Source of the DNA: a virus
Taxonomy: Duplodnaviria > Caudoviricetes
Direction: 5' to 3' (one strand)
IMG/VR virus record: IMGVR_UViG_3300044609_000580
Location: 1-63,433 of that record
Length of the DNA stretch: 63,433 nt
This document shows positions 1 through 9,417 of this stretch, piece after piece. Positions within the stretch are counted from its first letter, which is position 1. Each line of letters begins with the position of its first letter. A program made the position numbers and the translations under genes. The notes below the pieces were generated by a model. It was not told the DNA's origin. It ran no database searches and was given only the letters and a program-made list of their open reading frames with translations.

Positions 1-108
1 ACCACCTGCTTTAATTTCATCTGTGCCACCGTCGTCTGTCGGAGCCACGAACGATTTTTCCGTTGGTGGCTCCGAAGATCGTGTAATCTTATAACCAAAA
101 ATTTCCAT
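1..108 (-). CDS. g20: Portal protein, N-terminal fragment (continues beyond the window)
   Basis: Hand translation from ATG at 108: MEIFGYKITRSSEPPTEKSFVAPTDDGGTDEIKAGG; resembles T4-like portal N-termini; follows g19 as in T4 synteny. Confidence 0.8.
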   Translation of the reverse strand, partial: MEIFGYKITRSSEPPTEKSFVAPTDDGGTDEIKAGG

Positions 109-123
109 AATATTAGATTACTC

Positions 124-642
124 TTAAAGTGTGTTAGTTAGGTAGTGTGAGTAATTGAATGTTACTGTGAACTCTTCGATTACATCATTCTGACCATATT
201 GCAAACCAATTTCCGACATGTTAATCGGGAATGAGTTATACAGTGTGTATTCCATCAGAACTTCATCATTACGATCGAGATGCTGAACGATAATATCTGC
301 TTGATATTCAGTTGGTGTAAGAACACCTGTGTTCAATTCCAGATCATTCATTCCTGTCATCCACTCTTCGAATGGTTTACGGAGCGACATTTCAGTGTCA
401 TTGATGATTGTTACTGTCCACGGATCGAAGATACGCTCACCAGCGAGTTTCACTTCGCGTCCGCGATACTGAACGAGAGTTGGGTTTACTGTTGATGCAG
501 GAAGGGCAGCACCAGTTACCAACAGCGCATATTCTCTATCAGGAACGGATGTTACATATCCAGGCCAGTTGAGTAATACACGGAATTGGTTTGGTCTTGC
601 ACCACCAGCACCTAGTAACCCTTTAAACTTTGAAATATCCAT
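124..642 (-). CDS. g19: Tail tube protein
   Basis: GGARPNQF, YRGREVKLAGERIFDPWTVTIIND and IEEFTVTFNY motifs; follows the sheath gene. Confidence 0.95.
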   Translation of the reverse strand: MDISKFKGLLGAGGARPNQFRVLLNWPGYVTSVPDREYALLVTGAALPASTVNPTLVQYRGREVKLAGERIFDPWTVTIINDTEMSLRKPFEEWMTGMNDLELNTGVLTPTEYQADIIVQHLDRNDEVLMEYTLYNSFPINMSEIGLQYGQNDVIEEFTVTFNYSHYLTNTL

Positions 643-663
643 ATTAGATTTCTCCTATAATTC

Positions 664-671
664 TATTTATT
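664..671 (-). promoter_or_regulatory. Late promoter variant AATAAATA upstream of g19
   Basis: One mismatch to the T4 late consensus TATAAATA; intergenic, upstream of a GGAG Shine-Dalgarno. Confidence 0.6.
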
Positions 672-678
672 CGGGTTA

Positions 679-2352
679 TTAGGCACCAACTTCTTCGAAC
701 GATACCGAGGTACGTGTTGCGATGAAGTTTAGGTAGATGAAGTTGATTGACTTAGCAGGTTTGATGTAGATATCTGCAACAAACTCATTACGGTCAATTA
801 CTTCGCCAGTGTTATTTGATTCGTCGCAAACGACACGGAAGTCATATATACCACGACGACCACGAACATCGCGGAGGAATGGTTCAACTAGTGACTTGAA
901 CTGCGAACGAGTGAAGACATCGTTGAATTCGAACAACTGGAACTTAGCAGCAGTCGCGATTGCCTTCTCAAGAACGATGAACAGACGACGAACATTGATA
1001 CGATCGAATGCCGATGGTTTCGCAAGAAGTGTCTTGTCACCATAAAGAACAACACCCTGTCCTGGGAATGATACAACTGGGTTGACACCATTCTTGTAAA
1101 GAGTATCGCGGTCTGTTTGGTTTGGCGAATACAGAAGTTTCACGCAGTTCTTGATTGCGCCACGATTGAAACCAGCAGGCGACCACCATGGATCGTTGGT
1201 ATTGTCAGTACGTGCGCATAGACCTGCAGTATCAGCATTCAAAGGAATATTGATATATGTGTCATTATACTTGTCGTATTGAACCTTCCAACCTGAATCC
1301 ATAACAGCGTATGAAGTCGAACGATCGAGAGTTGTATTTCTGTATGTTACGATGTCATCTGCTTCATCACCAGCATTGTTTTGAACTGCTGCAAGTGGTG
1401 GTGAAAGGAAAACAACACAGTCAAGACGATCAAGGACAACGTTGTCGATCACGTGCTGAGCGACAGCAACAGCATGTCCACCAGTCAGAAGAAGCGAAAC
1501 GTCAACAAGTTCCTTGTTAGCAAACAGATCGTAACCTGTTTGAAGGTCACCAGAAGATGGAGCAGCATCAACACCACTTGTGAGAGAAACGTTTTCTGGT
1601 GCATTCAGTCCGACAAATGCGCCTGCAACTGCTGCTGTTGATCCCCAATCAGTCATCGATGATGGGTGATCCATCCACCAAATATATTTTGATTGTGCGT
1701 TAATTACGTTCTTATAGTAGTTCGAAGAACCATCAGAATTCTTAGCATCAGATGCCTTAGAAACGAATGGGAACTTTTCTAGAACAGTACCAGCAACACC
1801 AGTAAATGCGCCATCTTCATCGACAACAATTACGTGGACTTCATCACCAGATGAATTGTAATTTGCTGCATATTCAGAGGTTCCTGGAGCACCATCAAAC
1901 TGTGCAACGTATGACCATTCACCGAATGTTGCAGCATCAGCAATACCAACCTTCAGAGAATTACCAATAGCTCCTGGATACTTGGCCGCCCAAGTTCCTA
2001 CTGCTGCTTCGCCTGCAGCATAAGATGCATCATATACATCTTGATTGTTAATCGCAATTGCCGTACCTGTTGAAACAGCATTTCTTGCTGCTGTGCCAAC
2101 TGTGCGAACTAGTTGCAGGTTGTTGCCGTAACCAAGAAAGTTAGCAGCAGTGTGGAAGTGAACTGTTGTTGTGCTTGTTGGTTTACCAAACTCGCGAACG
2201 AGTTGGTTTTCTGACGAAATTGTTTGAATTTCGTTTACAGGTCCCCAGAGGAAGTAACCAGCGTACCCACCAGCAGAACTTGAGACTGCTGGTACGACGC
2301 TAGTTAGATCCTTTTCAGTAACTAGGACTCCTGGCGATAATTGAAATGCCAT
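679..2352 (-). CDS. g18: Tail sheath protein
   Basis: MAFQLSPGVLVTEKDL start after AAGGAG; PWWSPAGFNRG, FDRINVRRLF and YIKPAKSINFI motifs. Confidence 0.97.
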   Translation of the reverse strand: MAFQLSPGVLVTEKDLTSVVPAVSSSAGGYAGYFLWGPVNEIQTISSENQLVREFGKPTSTTTVHFHTAANFLGYGNNLQLVRTVGTAARNAVSTGTAIAINNQDVYDASYAAGEAAVGTWAAKYPGAIGNSLKVGIADAATFGEWSYVAQFDGAPGTSEYAANYNSSGDEVHVIVVDEDGAFTGVAGTVLEKFPFVSKASDAKNSDGSSNYYKNVINAQSKYIWWMDHPSSMTDWGSTAAVAGAFVGLNAPENVSLTSGVDAAPSSGDLQTGYDLFANKELVDVSLLLTGGHAVAVAQHVIDNVVLDRLDCVVFLSPPLAAVQNNAGDEADDIVTYRNTTLDRSTSYAVMDSGWKVQYDKYNDTYINIPLNADTAGLCARTDNTNDPWWSPAGFNRGAIKNCVKLLYSPNQTDRDTLYKNGVNPVVSFPGQGVVLYGDKTLLAKPSAFDRINVRRLFIVLEKAIATAAKFQLFEFNDVFTRSQFKSLVEPFLRDVRGRRGIYDFRVVCDESNNTGEVIDRNEFVADIYIKPAKSINFIYLNFIATRTSVSFEEVGA

Positions 2353-2409
2353 TTTCTTCTCCTTGTATATAAAAACTGACAAAAACCACTGTCTTTTTGC
2401 TTATAAGGT

Positions 2410-2417
2410 TATTTATA
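2410..2417 (-). promoter_or_regulatory. T4-type late promoter TATAAATA upstream of g18
   Basis: Exact consensus, intergenic. Confidence 0.8.
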
Positions 2418-2428
2418 AAATGCTTACT

Positions 2429-4063
2429 TTACATCCAACCACGTTTAACGGTCTTAGTATCGACTGACCATAGGTCTCCACTATCAACAAAAAACTCTTC
2501 TTCAGTGCCATTTACTATCAAACCAAATGGTGTCAGTTCTTCTTCTATCTGTTTCATCTGACCATCATATAACTTCTTTCTAATATCAATATCTGTCAGA
2601 TCTGTGAAATATGTGTTGCTGGTTACCCAAGCAAACAGTACTAAACTCATCACCAAGTCATCAAAATATCCTTCGTCTGCCATCCAAGTTCCCATCTTTT
2701 CAATAAAGGTAGAGAATTCTGAGATGGTATCCGCATCAAAAATCAGTAACTTCTTTTCTTCCATCAGGGATTTTAGTGTAAAACAACCTTGCCTTTTTAC
2801 TTGCTTAGTCATTCGAACACCCATTTGGGTTGCTCTACCGAAACCTGGAGAAAGATATTGTTTATTCGTATCCTTCGACGTTGTTAAAATATTATCATAT
2901 TCTAATTCTGAATGCAAAATATCAGCGACTTGCTGACCCATGTCATTAATTTCAATCATCACATATGCATTATTAAAATCTCTCGCCACCTTATTTACAA
3001 TGTTAGGATAAAGCATTGGTGGTATTTTATTATTGCGGTATTTAGCGACGAGTTTATAGGGAACAGAGGTTGCGTCAAGCACAGTGAACGCAGAATAGTC
3101 GCCACCAATACCTCTTGCCGTATCAACACCCATAACATAAGTATGCTCTGGGATGGGATCTTCGAAGATATCTAGACCATCTTTCATGTATATAGGGTCA
3201 ATAGAACTCATCGCTCCAAGAGTATGTGCGTTGATCAGAGTGTTACTCGAACCAAGGAAATTACACAGAACTTCTTGGTTGAACTTGAGTTCCCCGAGCA
3301 TCTTGAGTTGCTCTTCTGCCCATGCTTCGTCGCGTCCTGGGATTTCAGTGTATGGAATGAACATTGGTTCAAATCCGTTGACACCCTTTTCCGCTTCGTT
3401 CCAGAATTTCCAGAAGTGGTTATACCCCAGAGGTGTAGAAGTCAATAGAATCTTTGTAGTTTGACCAGCAGAAATTGTAGGATAAACTGAAGCGAAGAAC
3501 TGCTCGGCGACCGTGTTTGGAATAATCGCTGCTTCGTCGATATACAACCAGTTAACCGACTTACCACGAATACCAGAGGCAGTCGTAGCAGCAGTAAATA
3601 CCTTGGATCCGTTTTCTAATTCAACGTCACCCTTGTTCCAAGTCTTAACGCCTTGCTGCATCCAGAGAGGCAAGTTCTCAAACATACCTTGATAACGATT
3701 CATGACTTCGCGAGCAGCAGAAGTCTTGTTCGCAAGAATAGCAACAGTTTTTGCATCTTGGAACAGTGTATACCACAAGATACAAGCAGCAGATGTAATA
3801 GTCTTACCCTGCTGGCGACCCTCCATGAGAATCGCTTTACGATTGTCTAGGATGTGGTGGACTTTGCGCTTCTGACATTCATAGAGTTTGAATGGAATAA
3901 GACCTTCGTCCAGCGAAACAATCATACAATAATTTTCAATGAAGTAAATTGGATCTTCCTCGCATAATGCGAGTTCTGTCAATTGCTCCGGAGTAAAATT
4001 ATGTTTGTATCCGATCGGTTTTAAATTAATATTACCGTGATACGAGGATTCCTCAACTATCAT
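2429..4063 (-). CDS. g17: Terminase large subunit
   Basis: Walker A GRQQGKT, Walker B LYIDEAA, STPLG coupling motif, nuclease GVDTARG and DDLVMS. Confidence 0.97.
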   Translation of the reverse strand: MIVEESSYHGNINLKPIGYKHNFTPEQLTELALCEEDPIYFIENYCMIVSLDEGLIPFKLYECQKRKVHHILDNRKAILMEGRQQGKTITSAACILWYTLFQDAKTVAILANKTSAAREVMNRYQGMFENLPLWMQQGVKTWNKGDVELENGSKVFTAATTASGIRGKSVNWLYIDEAAIIPNTVAEQFFASVYPTISAGQTTKILLTSTPLGYNHFWKFWNEAEKGVNGFEPMFIPYTEIPGRDEAWAEEQLKMLGELKFNQEVLCNFLGSSNTLINAHTLGAMSSIDPIYMKDGLDIFEDPIPEHTYVMGVDTARGIGGDYSAFTVLDATSVPYKLVAKYRNNKIPPMLYPNIVNKVARDFNNAYVMIEINDMGQQVADILHSELEYDNILTTSKDTNKQYLSPGFGRATQMGVRMTKQVKRQGCFTLKSLMEEKKLLIFDADTISEFSTFIEKMGTWMADEGYFDDLVMSLVLFAWVTSNTYFTDLTDIDIRKKLYDGQMKQIEEELTPFGLIVNGTEEEFFVDSGDLWSVDTKTVKRGWM

Positions 4064-4535
4064 GTTCTATTACTTTTGCTTTCTCTGCTTTCAACGCCTT
4101 GAGTAAATCCTGGGTGCTACCAGAAAAGATAATATTATTCTGCGTGTCGATTTGCTGAGTTTTCTTGTTATCATCCTGCAGAATTTTTTTCTTTTTTGCT
4201 TGTAGATCCAATAGATCCTTCGCAGTATCACCAGTTGTTTTGATCAACTGCCCGACTACTTCATAAGCACGAGGACTGTCACTTGCGAGAGCGACATTTA
4301 ACATGCCCTCTAATGCTTTTTGACTAGTCCCAATCAACTCATTGAGTTTATTTCTTGCATTGTTATAGTCATCTTCGATATCATTACCCGTGGATTCTAT
4401 AATTGCTGGAACTGAGGATGTAGTTGTGGTCGCTGGGAGAACTTCTACCTCAATTACTTCAATTGTTTCTTCGGGGATCTTTGTTGTTTCGGTTCCGAAA
4501 AGATCATCGAGATCTTGATAATTACCCTTGTTCAT
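4053..4535 (-). CDS. g16: Terminase small subunit
   Basis: SDSPRAYEV and NNIIFSGSTQDLLK motifs; position between g15 and g17; start chosen at MNKGNY. Confidence 0.9.
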   Translation of the reverse strand: MNKGNYQDLDDLFGTETTKIPEETIEVIEVEVLPATTTTSSVPAIIESTGNDIEDDYNNARNKLNELIGTSQKALEGMLNVALASDSPRAYEVVGQLIKTTGDTAKDLLDLQAKKKKILQDDNKKTQQIDTQNNIIFSGSTQDLLKALKAEKAKVIEHDS

Positions 4536-5295
4536 AGAATTCATCGAATTGCTCCACATAATCCCAATCGTCAGTCACCGCAGCAGTATCTGGATTTGTT
4601 GTTACTTGATATTTTTGTTCATAATTTGGTTGCTCAATATCTGTATATGTATTCGCAATCGCAGTTCGGATAATTCCTTGCTGCTCGACTGGACCATAAA
4701 GATTCAACCCAAGCGTAAAGTTTAGCGTCCAAACAATTGAACGTCTTTGCATGTAGTCGCCAGCATAATCATCCTCATAATTAATAGAATCGAGAATTAT
4801 CTGAAGGTCTCTCTTAATACCCATTGAAGGAATATCGGATACGGTAACACAGAAGTCAGGATTGAAGAACGGAATTATTTGTTCGATAATTTGTAAACCA
4901 TCGTCTTGATTCTTTGCCATTGCATACAATGAAATATTCATATCATATGGTGTGCTGGTGAATTGAGTTCGCAGTACGTTAGGGTCGTCACCCTGACCAA
5001 CTGCCACGTTCTTTGTCAACAAGTTAATTTTTCTCGCAGGATTATATTGTAATCCCGTAATCTCGAAACCCATTCGCGGCAGAATAATTGCTGCTGCTTG
5101 GGTTGTAGTTGATGGAACTTCTGCGATACGAGCAAGAAACTTATTTTTTGGTGAATATGCTAAAGGAACACGAACAGATTGCACGACTTCTTGATCAGAA
5201 TTGTATCTCTTAACTGAGATCTGATTGAAGATTGTGCCGAAAGCAATAATTGCTTTTCTAATGTGTTGGTGATAGAAGTGTTGACGTAAAAACAT
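4522..5295 (-). CDS. g15: Tail sheath stabiliser / tail terminator
   Basis: FYHQHIRKAIIAFGTIFN, LPRMGFEI and QIIEQIIPFFNP motifs. Confidence 0.93.
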   Translation of the reverse strand: MFLRQHFYHQHIRKAIIAFGTIFNQISVKRYNSDQEVVQSVRVPLAYSPKNKFLARIAEVPSTTTQAAAIILPRMGFEITGLQYNPARKINLLTKNVAVGQGDDPNVLRTQFTSTPYDMNISLYAMAKNQDDGLQIIEQIIPFFNPDFCVTVSDIPSMGIKRDLQIILDSINYEDDYAGDYMQRRSIVWTLNFTLGLNLYGPVEQQGIIRTAIANTYTDIEQPNYEQKYQVTTNPDTAAVTDDWDYVEQFDEFYEQG

Positions 5296-6041
5296 TATGC
5301 TCTTTTCTGTACCTCACCGAATGGATTGAATGCCGTGAAGTCTAGAATGCCTTCTGCTTCTACCTCGAATTCATCATTGTCTGCTTGCTTATCAGTATCT
5401 GCTGTAGCATATACCTCTAGGATAATTGAATCGTCACTATTGTTTAGAACCAAATCACCTGACTGCATTAACAGTTGGAATCTGTAAACGTCTTGACTTG
5501 ATGTGTCCGTAATTGAATCAATTTCTGCAATTCCAGTATCGATTCTTTCCGAACTGAATTCGAATACATCACACTGCAGTTTAAACGTGTATATCTTACC
5601 AAGTTGGTAAAACGGATTCAAGAAGTCGACATACTTGATTACGAAAAATGTTTTGGTTTTCGAGAAGTAAAGTAGGTCGCCTTCTGCTGGACGATCGGGT
5701 AGTTGAACAGTTGCATTCTGAGCAACACCTTCTTCCCAACGCCTCTTAGCAACTACGAATGTTGCTGAAGATCTAAACTCAAACCCGAACTTAGTAAATA
5801 GTTCGCCTTCACCTTCGAATCCTTGGACGTTCTCGAGATACATTTCAAGTGGATATGCTTGATCAAAATACTGAAGCGCATCCTCGCCGAGTATTCCATC
5901 TAGATTGCCTGTTTGTCTTGGTAAATAGTAAACGTCATGTCCGTAGATCTTCAAACTTTCAATGACAAGATCTTCCACCAAACGTTGTTCGTTTGTGGTT
6001 CCAGATGTATTACCAGATTGAAAGTAGAAGTTCGTTGGCAT
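5295..6041 (-). CDS. g14: Neck protein
   Basis: EQRLVEDLVIESLKIYGHDVYYLPR, RPAEGDLLYF, PFYQLGK and NPFGE motifs. Confidence 0.93.
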   Translation of the reverse strand: MPTNFYFQSGNTSGTTNEQRLVEDLVIESLKIYGHDVYYLPRQTGNLDGILGEDALQYFDQAYPLEMYLENVQGFEGEGELFTKFGFEFRSSATFVVAKRRWEEGVAQNATVQLPDRPAEGDLLYFSKTKTFFVIKYVDFLNPFYQLGKIYTFKLQCDVFEFSSERIDTGIAEIDSITDTSSQDVYRFQLLMQSGDLVLNNSDDSIILEVYATADTDKQADNDEFEVEAEGILDFTAFNPFGEVQKRA

Positions 6042-6044
6042 GTC

Positions 6045-7013
6045 TTATCCAACCATGAAGTCTATTGGCAACTCTGACTTTAATTGCATTTCGTTTTCGA
6101 TTGTTGCGATTTCTTCGACTGCTTCTTCGTAGATCTCTTTACCGTTTAGAATGACACCTCCTGGAAGTTGGATCCCACCAAACTTCTTCATGTTCTCTCC
6201 CCATTGACGTTTGATCAATGCAGTTGAATAACGTTTTAGGAACATGTCATCATAGACTTGTGTATATGTTGATGGGTCTAGGATACGATAGCATTCAACG
6301 ACAATAAAATCATCAGGATTTAATACTTCTTCCCAATTCATATCAATATACATCTTGTCCATTTTACGATTGTATTTGAATGACCGATCGCCAACCAGAA
6401 GCATATCAAGCATAGATAGATGCTGTTGAACTTGGGTGTAGTAAACCATGTCAGCAGAGAGCAAGTTATACATGTCATTTAAGCGGAACTGATAGATAAG
6501 ATCGAACATGTTGTTGCGATTGTTCATACCAGAACTTGGACCATTGACAGGTAGAACACGGATAACACCAATTACCGAATCTGGAAGTGGAAGATAACCG
6601 TTTTGAATGTCTCCTGCAGTATAGAAATTAGTTGCTGCGAGTGCTCTACTGAATCCCGAGGTAGATCCAGTTACAGTTTCACCTGCTGTAAATGCGCCCT
6701 TTACGTTGGTTATTCTTGCGGTAGTTCCGGATAATGTATATAAGATACATGTTGCACCTGAGGTGTTACCGACTAACATCTCGTTGTTTTCAAACGATGG
6801 CGATGATAATCCTGAGAATTTTAGTTCTGCGGTTGTAACTTTGTGTGTTAGGTAGAGTCTCTCGACACCGTCGAAGTGATACTCTTGAAAATATTGTAAT
6901 GCGTCATCGATACGATCTTCTACTTGATCATCGTCTACATTAATTTCGATTACTGGAAATCCGAGTCTGCGGAGACAGTAATCTATTAAACCTTGCCTTG
7001 AAGAAATTGCCAT
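6045..7013 (-). CDS. g13: Neck protein
   Basis: LIDYCLRRLGFPVIEINV and KRQWGENMKKFGGIQLPGGVILNG motifs. Confidence 0.95.
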   Translation of the reverse strand: MAISSRQGLIDYCLRRLGFPVIEINVDDDQVEDRIDDALQYFQEYHFDGVERLYLTHKVTTAELKFSGLSSPSFENNEMLVGNTSGATCILYTLSGTTARITNVKGAFTAGETVTGSTSGFSRALAATNFYTAGDIQNGYLPLPDSVIGVIRVLPVNGPSSGMNNRNNMFDLIYQFRLNDMYNLLSADMVYYTQVQQHLSMLDMLLVGDRSFKYNRKMDKMYIDMNWEEVLNPDDFIVVECYRILDPSTYTQVYDDMFLKRYSTALIKRQWGENMKKFGGIQLPGGVILNGKEIYEEAVEEIATIENEMQLKSELPIDFMVG

Positions 7014-7032
7014 ATCTTGTCCTCTTTGGGAC

Positions 7033-7040
7033 TATTTATA
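7033..7040 (-). promoter_or_regulatory. T4-type late promoter TATAAATA upstream of g13
   Basis: Exact consensus overlapping the stop codon of the upstream ORF. Confidence 0.75.
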
Positions 7041-7278
7041 ATGTACCCATGTCATACACTGCAGGATTCACTCCTGCGATGTCACCGAGATCGATTGTTT
7101 CTGGAATTGTAAAGAATTCTGGATTGTATCCACCGACTTCAATGATACTTCCATCAGTTTTTTTAGAATACAGCGCCCCATCTGCTAAGTTTACTGCAAG
7201 TTCTCCAACTGCAATATCAACTGCTGTGGGAATTGCTCCTGTGGTTTCGCTTCTCTTGAGTTGAATGACTGTTGACAT
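7036..7278 (-). CDS. Small fibre-associated virion protein (IQLKRS...GELAVN N-domain)
   Basis: N-terminus shared with 8753..9112 and 9418..11112; lies in the structural operon. Confidence 0.7.
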   Translation of the reverse strand: MSTVIQLKRSETTGAIPTAVDIAVGELAVNLADGALYSKKTDGSIIEVGGYNPEFFTIPETIDLGDIAGVNPAVYDMGTL

Positions 7279-7279
7279 A

Positions 7280-8524
7280 TTAATTCAATAGAGTCCCTGC
7301 TGCATTGTAAACATTAATGCGGAAATATGCGCTTGAGTTGCCATCCAGTAGATCGGCGTCTAGTCCTGAACCTGCACCATCGACTGTCTTAATTGCATCA
7401 AGCATATTAGTTGCGGTGAATGCACCACCTAGAGAAACTGCAGTGCCTGCTAAAGTGATGCTGCTGTTGGTTAGTTTGCTGTTTGCAATCGAACCAGCAA
7501 GCATAGCGTTGGTAACTGTGCCAGTATCGGTGGTATAAACACCGTTAGTTACTGTTGACGCATTACCAGTTAGAGCACCAACGAACGAAGTTGAGGTGAC
7601 TGAAGAAAGTCCAGCGAAGGTTGTCACAGTTCCGCCGAGACTTACATCGGTCGAACCAATTGTAACTTTGCTGTTTGTCAGAGATGAATTAGCAATGTTC
7701 GATAATGTGTTAGATGAACCGCTGATTGTTTTATTGGTTAATGTTTGAGTCGCTGTGGTACCAACAACTGGAATATAGTTAGTTCCGTCTACTGTATATT
7801 CCCAAACATCAGTAGTTTCATTCCATTGAAATACGACATTTGTAGAAGATCCACGCTCAATTTCGATACCAGCATTTTGACTTGGTGTGCTAGTTTCATT
7901 ACTGTTCAGTAAGATAATATTATCGGCAAGATTAATAGTTTCGGTATTTACTGTGGTTGTAGTTCCAGAAACCGTTAGATTACCGCTAACAGTTAAATCG
8001 TTGAATGTAACATTAGACCCAGTTCCAACTGCCTGACCAATAGCAACTTGACCATTGGTAATAGTAACACCAGTTCCAGCGCTGAAGTGAGCACGAACAT
8101 CTGTTGCACTCGGACCAGTATAAGTGATTACACCAGTGCTAGAGTTGTATGCAAGCGATCCATCGCCGCCGCTGTCTGTTACAGATACAGCACCACGTGC
8201 AAGAGCATCTGTATACTGTGTGATTGTTGTTGCGATAGCGCCTGAGGAGATCGTAATACCAGTACCTGCACTAAATGCATCTCTTGCTCTTGTATTCGTA
8301 AAGTAGAGGTTCGTCGAACCTTCTGTAATCTCGTCGCTGTTATCTTTGGTTTGAATTTGCGAAGTAACATATGCTTCTGTTGCCAGAGGTTTACCACCTG
8401 CAGTGGTACCATCATGAACAACTACTGTATCTTTTGTTGTATCGACAGTGACTTCGCCAACAGCACCCGTGAAGGACGAGTGTTGGACGGTAGTTCCTCT
8501 TCTAAGTTGTAAAATCGTTGCCAT
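7280..8524 (-). CDS. Fibre / whisker-like protein with Mtd-N-like N-terminus
   Basis: LQLRRGT...FTGAVGEVTVDT...VHDG N-terminus; Thr/Gly/Ser-rich fibre repeats; DGAGSGLDADLLDG motif. Confidence 0.75.
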   Translation of the reverse strand: MATILQLRRGTTVQHSSFTGAVGEVTVDTTKDTVVVHDGTTAGGKPLATEAYVTSQIQTKDNSDEITEGSTNLYFTNTRARDAFSAGTGITISSGAIATTITQYTDALARGAVSVTDSGGDGSLAYNSSTGVITYTGPSATDVRAHFSAGTGVTITNGQVAIGQAVGTGSNVTFNDLTVSGNLTVSGTTTTVNTETINLADNIILLNSNETSTPSQNAGIEIERGSSTNVVFQWNETTDVWEYTVDGTNYIPVVGTTATQTLTNKTISGSSNTLSNIANSSLTNSKVTIGSTDVSLGGTVTTFAGLSSVTSTSFVGALTGNASTVTNGVYTTDTGTVTNAMLAGSIANSKLTNSSITLAGTAVSLGGAFTATNMLDAIKTVDGAGSGLDADLLDGNSSAYFRINVYNAAGTLLN

Positions 8525-8547
8525 TTTTATCTCCTAATCCACCCTAT

Positions 8548-8751
8548 TTAGGTATATGTTCCACCATCGAGAATGGCGCCATTTTCAATATTTTCTAAAG
8601 ACGCTTTTAGAAGTTCGTGCCCCCCAGCAGTAGATCCATCATGCACCCTCACTGACCAGTTAGTTGTATCTACAGTAATTTCCGCTTCTGCACCAGTAAA
8701 ATTTTGATGCTGCACCGAAGTACCTCTTCTCAATTTGACTCTTGCTGCCAC
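8548..8751 (-). CDS. Small Mtd-N-like virion protein
   Basis: Probable GTG start at 8751 after GGAG; paralogous to the N-terminus of 7280..8524; ends LDGGTYT. Confidence 0.65.
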   Translation of the reverse strand: MAARVKLRRGTSVQHQNFTGAEAEITVDTTNWSVRVHDGSTAGGHELLKASLENIENGAILDGGTYT

Positions 8752-8752
8752 G

Positions 8753-9112
8753 TTAAATGCTCCCGTAATCGATTGAGTTGTACTCGAAAACATTGTCGGT
8801 AATTAAACCGTAATCTAAATCTGCATTTTGATTAAGACGAACGACTGCAACCCCAGGAGTTGTTGTAGTGTCAACAACAAAATCTCCAAAAATGGTGTCA
8901 GCAAATGAGATGGTCGTCACTCCTGCGTTCGCCCCACCATCATTTACTGATACTCCACCAAGACCAACAACTGTTCCATCAGTCTTCTTAGAGTAAATTT
9001 TCTTATCTGTTAGATTAACAGCAAGTTCGCCAACCGCTAGATCTGCACCAGTTGGTACTGCACTAGCAGTCTCGCTACGTTTTACTTGGACTATCGTTGT
9101 CGCTGCTGTCAT
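8753..9112 (-). CDS. Small fibre-associated virion protein
   Basis: VQVKRSET...LAVGELAVNL, paralog of 7036..7278; ends DYGSI. Confidence 0.7.
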   Translation of the reverse strand: MTAATTIVQVKRSETASAVPTGADLAVGELAVNLTDKKIYSKKTDGTVVGLGGVSVNDGGANAGVTTISFADTIFGDFVVDTTTTPGVAVVRLNQNADLDYGLITDNVFEYNSIDYGSI

Positions 9113-9365
9113 TTACATCCTCGTCTGCAATAGTATAACCCTCTGTAGTACCAAATGATAGACTTCCGTCCAGATCAACATAACCCCCATTGGGTTTTGG
9201 TTGACTCTTTTCTTGTTCTAGAATTTGATTTTTCTGCGCGAGTTCTGCTATCGTTTCATTTGCCATTGTAAGTTGTGTGTTCAGCATGATATTATCAAGT
9301 GTCAATGCCTTCAGTCGTTCAGCAAGGTTTGCAATATACGAATTGATAAATTTAGTTTGATCCAT
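9075..9365 (-). CDS. Hypothetical coiled-coil protein
   Basis: GGAG SD; helical heptad-like N-terminal half. Confidence 0.6.
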   Translation of the reverse strand: MDQTKFINSYIANLAERLKALTLDNIMLNTQLTMANETIAELAQKNQILEQEKSQPKPNGGYVDLDGSLSFGTTEGYTIADEDVNDSSDNDSPSKT

Positions 9366-9376
9366 TATGTATCTCC

Positions 9377-9407
9377 AAAAAAGTGGGAGGGGAGAAATTC
9401 CCCTCCC
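9377..9407 (-). terminator. Intrinsic terminator after the 564-aa fibre gene
   Basis: GGGAGGGGA-ATTTC-TCCCCTCCC stem followed by ACTTTTTT on the minus strand. Confidence 0.8.
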
Positions 9408-9417
9408 GTATTATATA

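Noticed and set aside
2429-4063. Possible intron or intein in terminase or other core genes
   Set aside because: Lengths are normal, frames are uninterrupted, and no homing-endonuclease or intein motifs were seen
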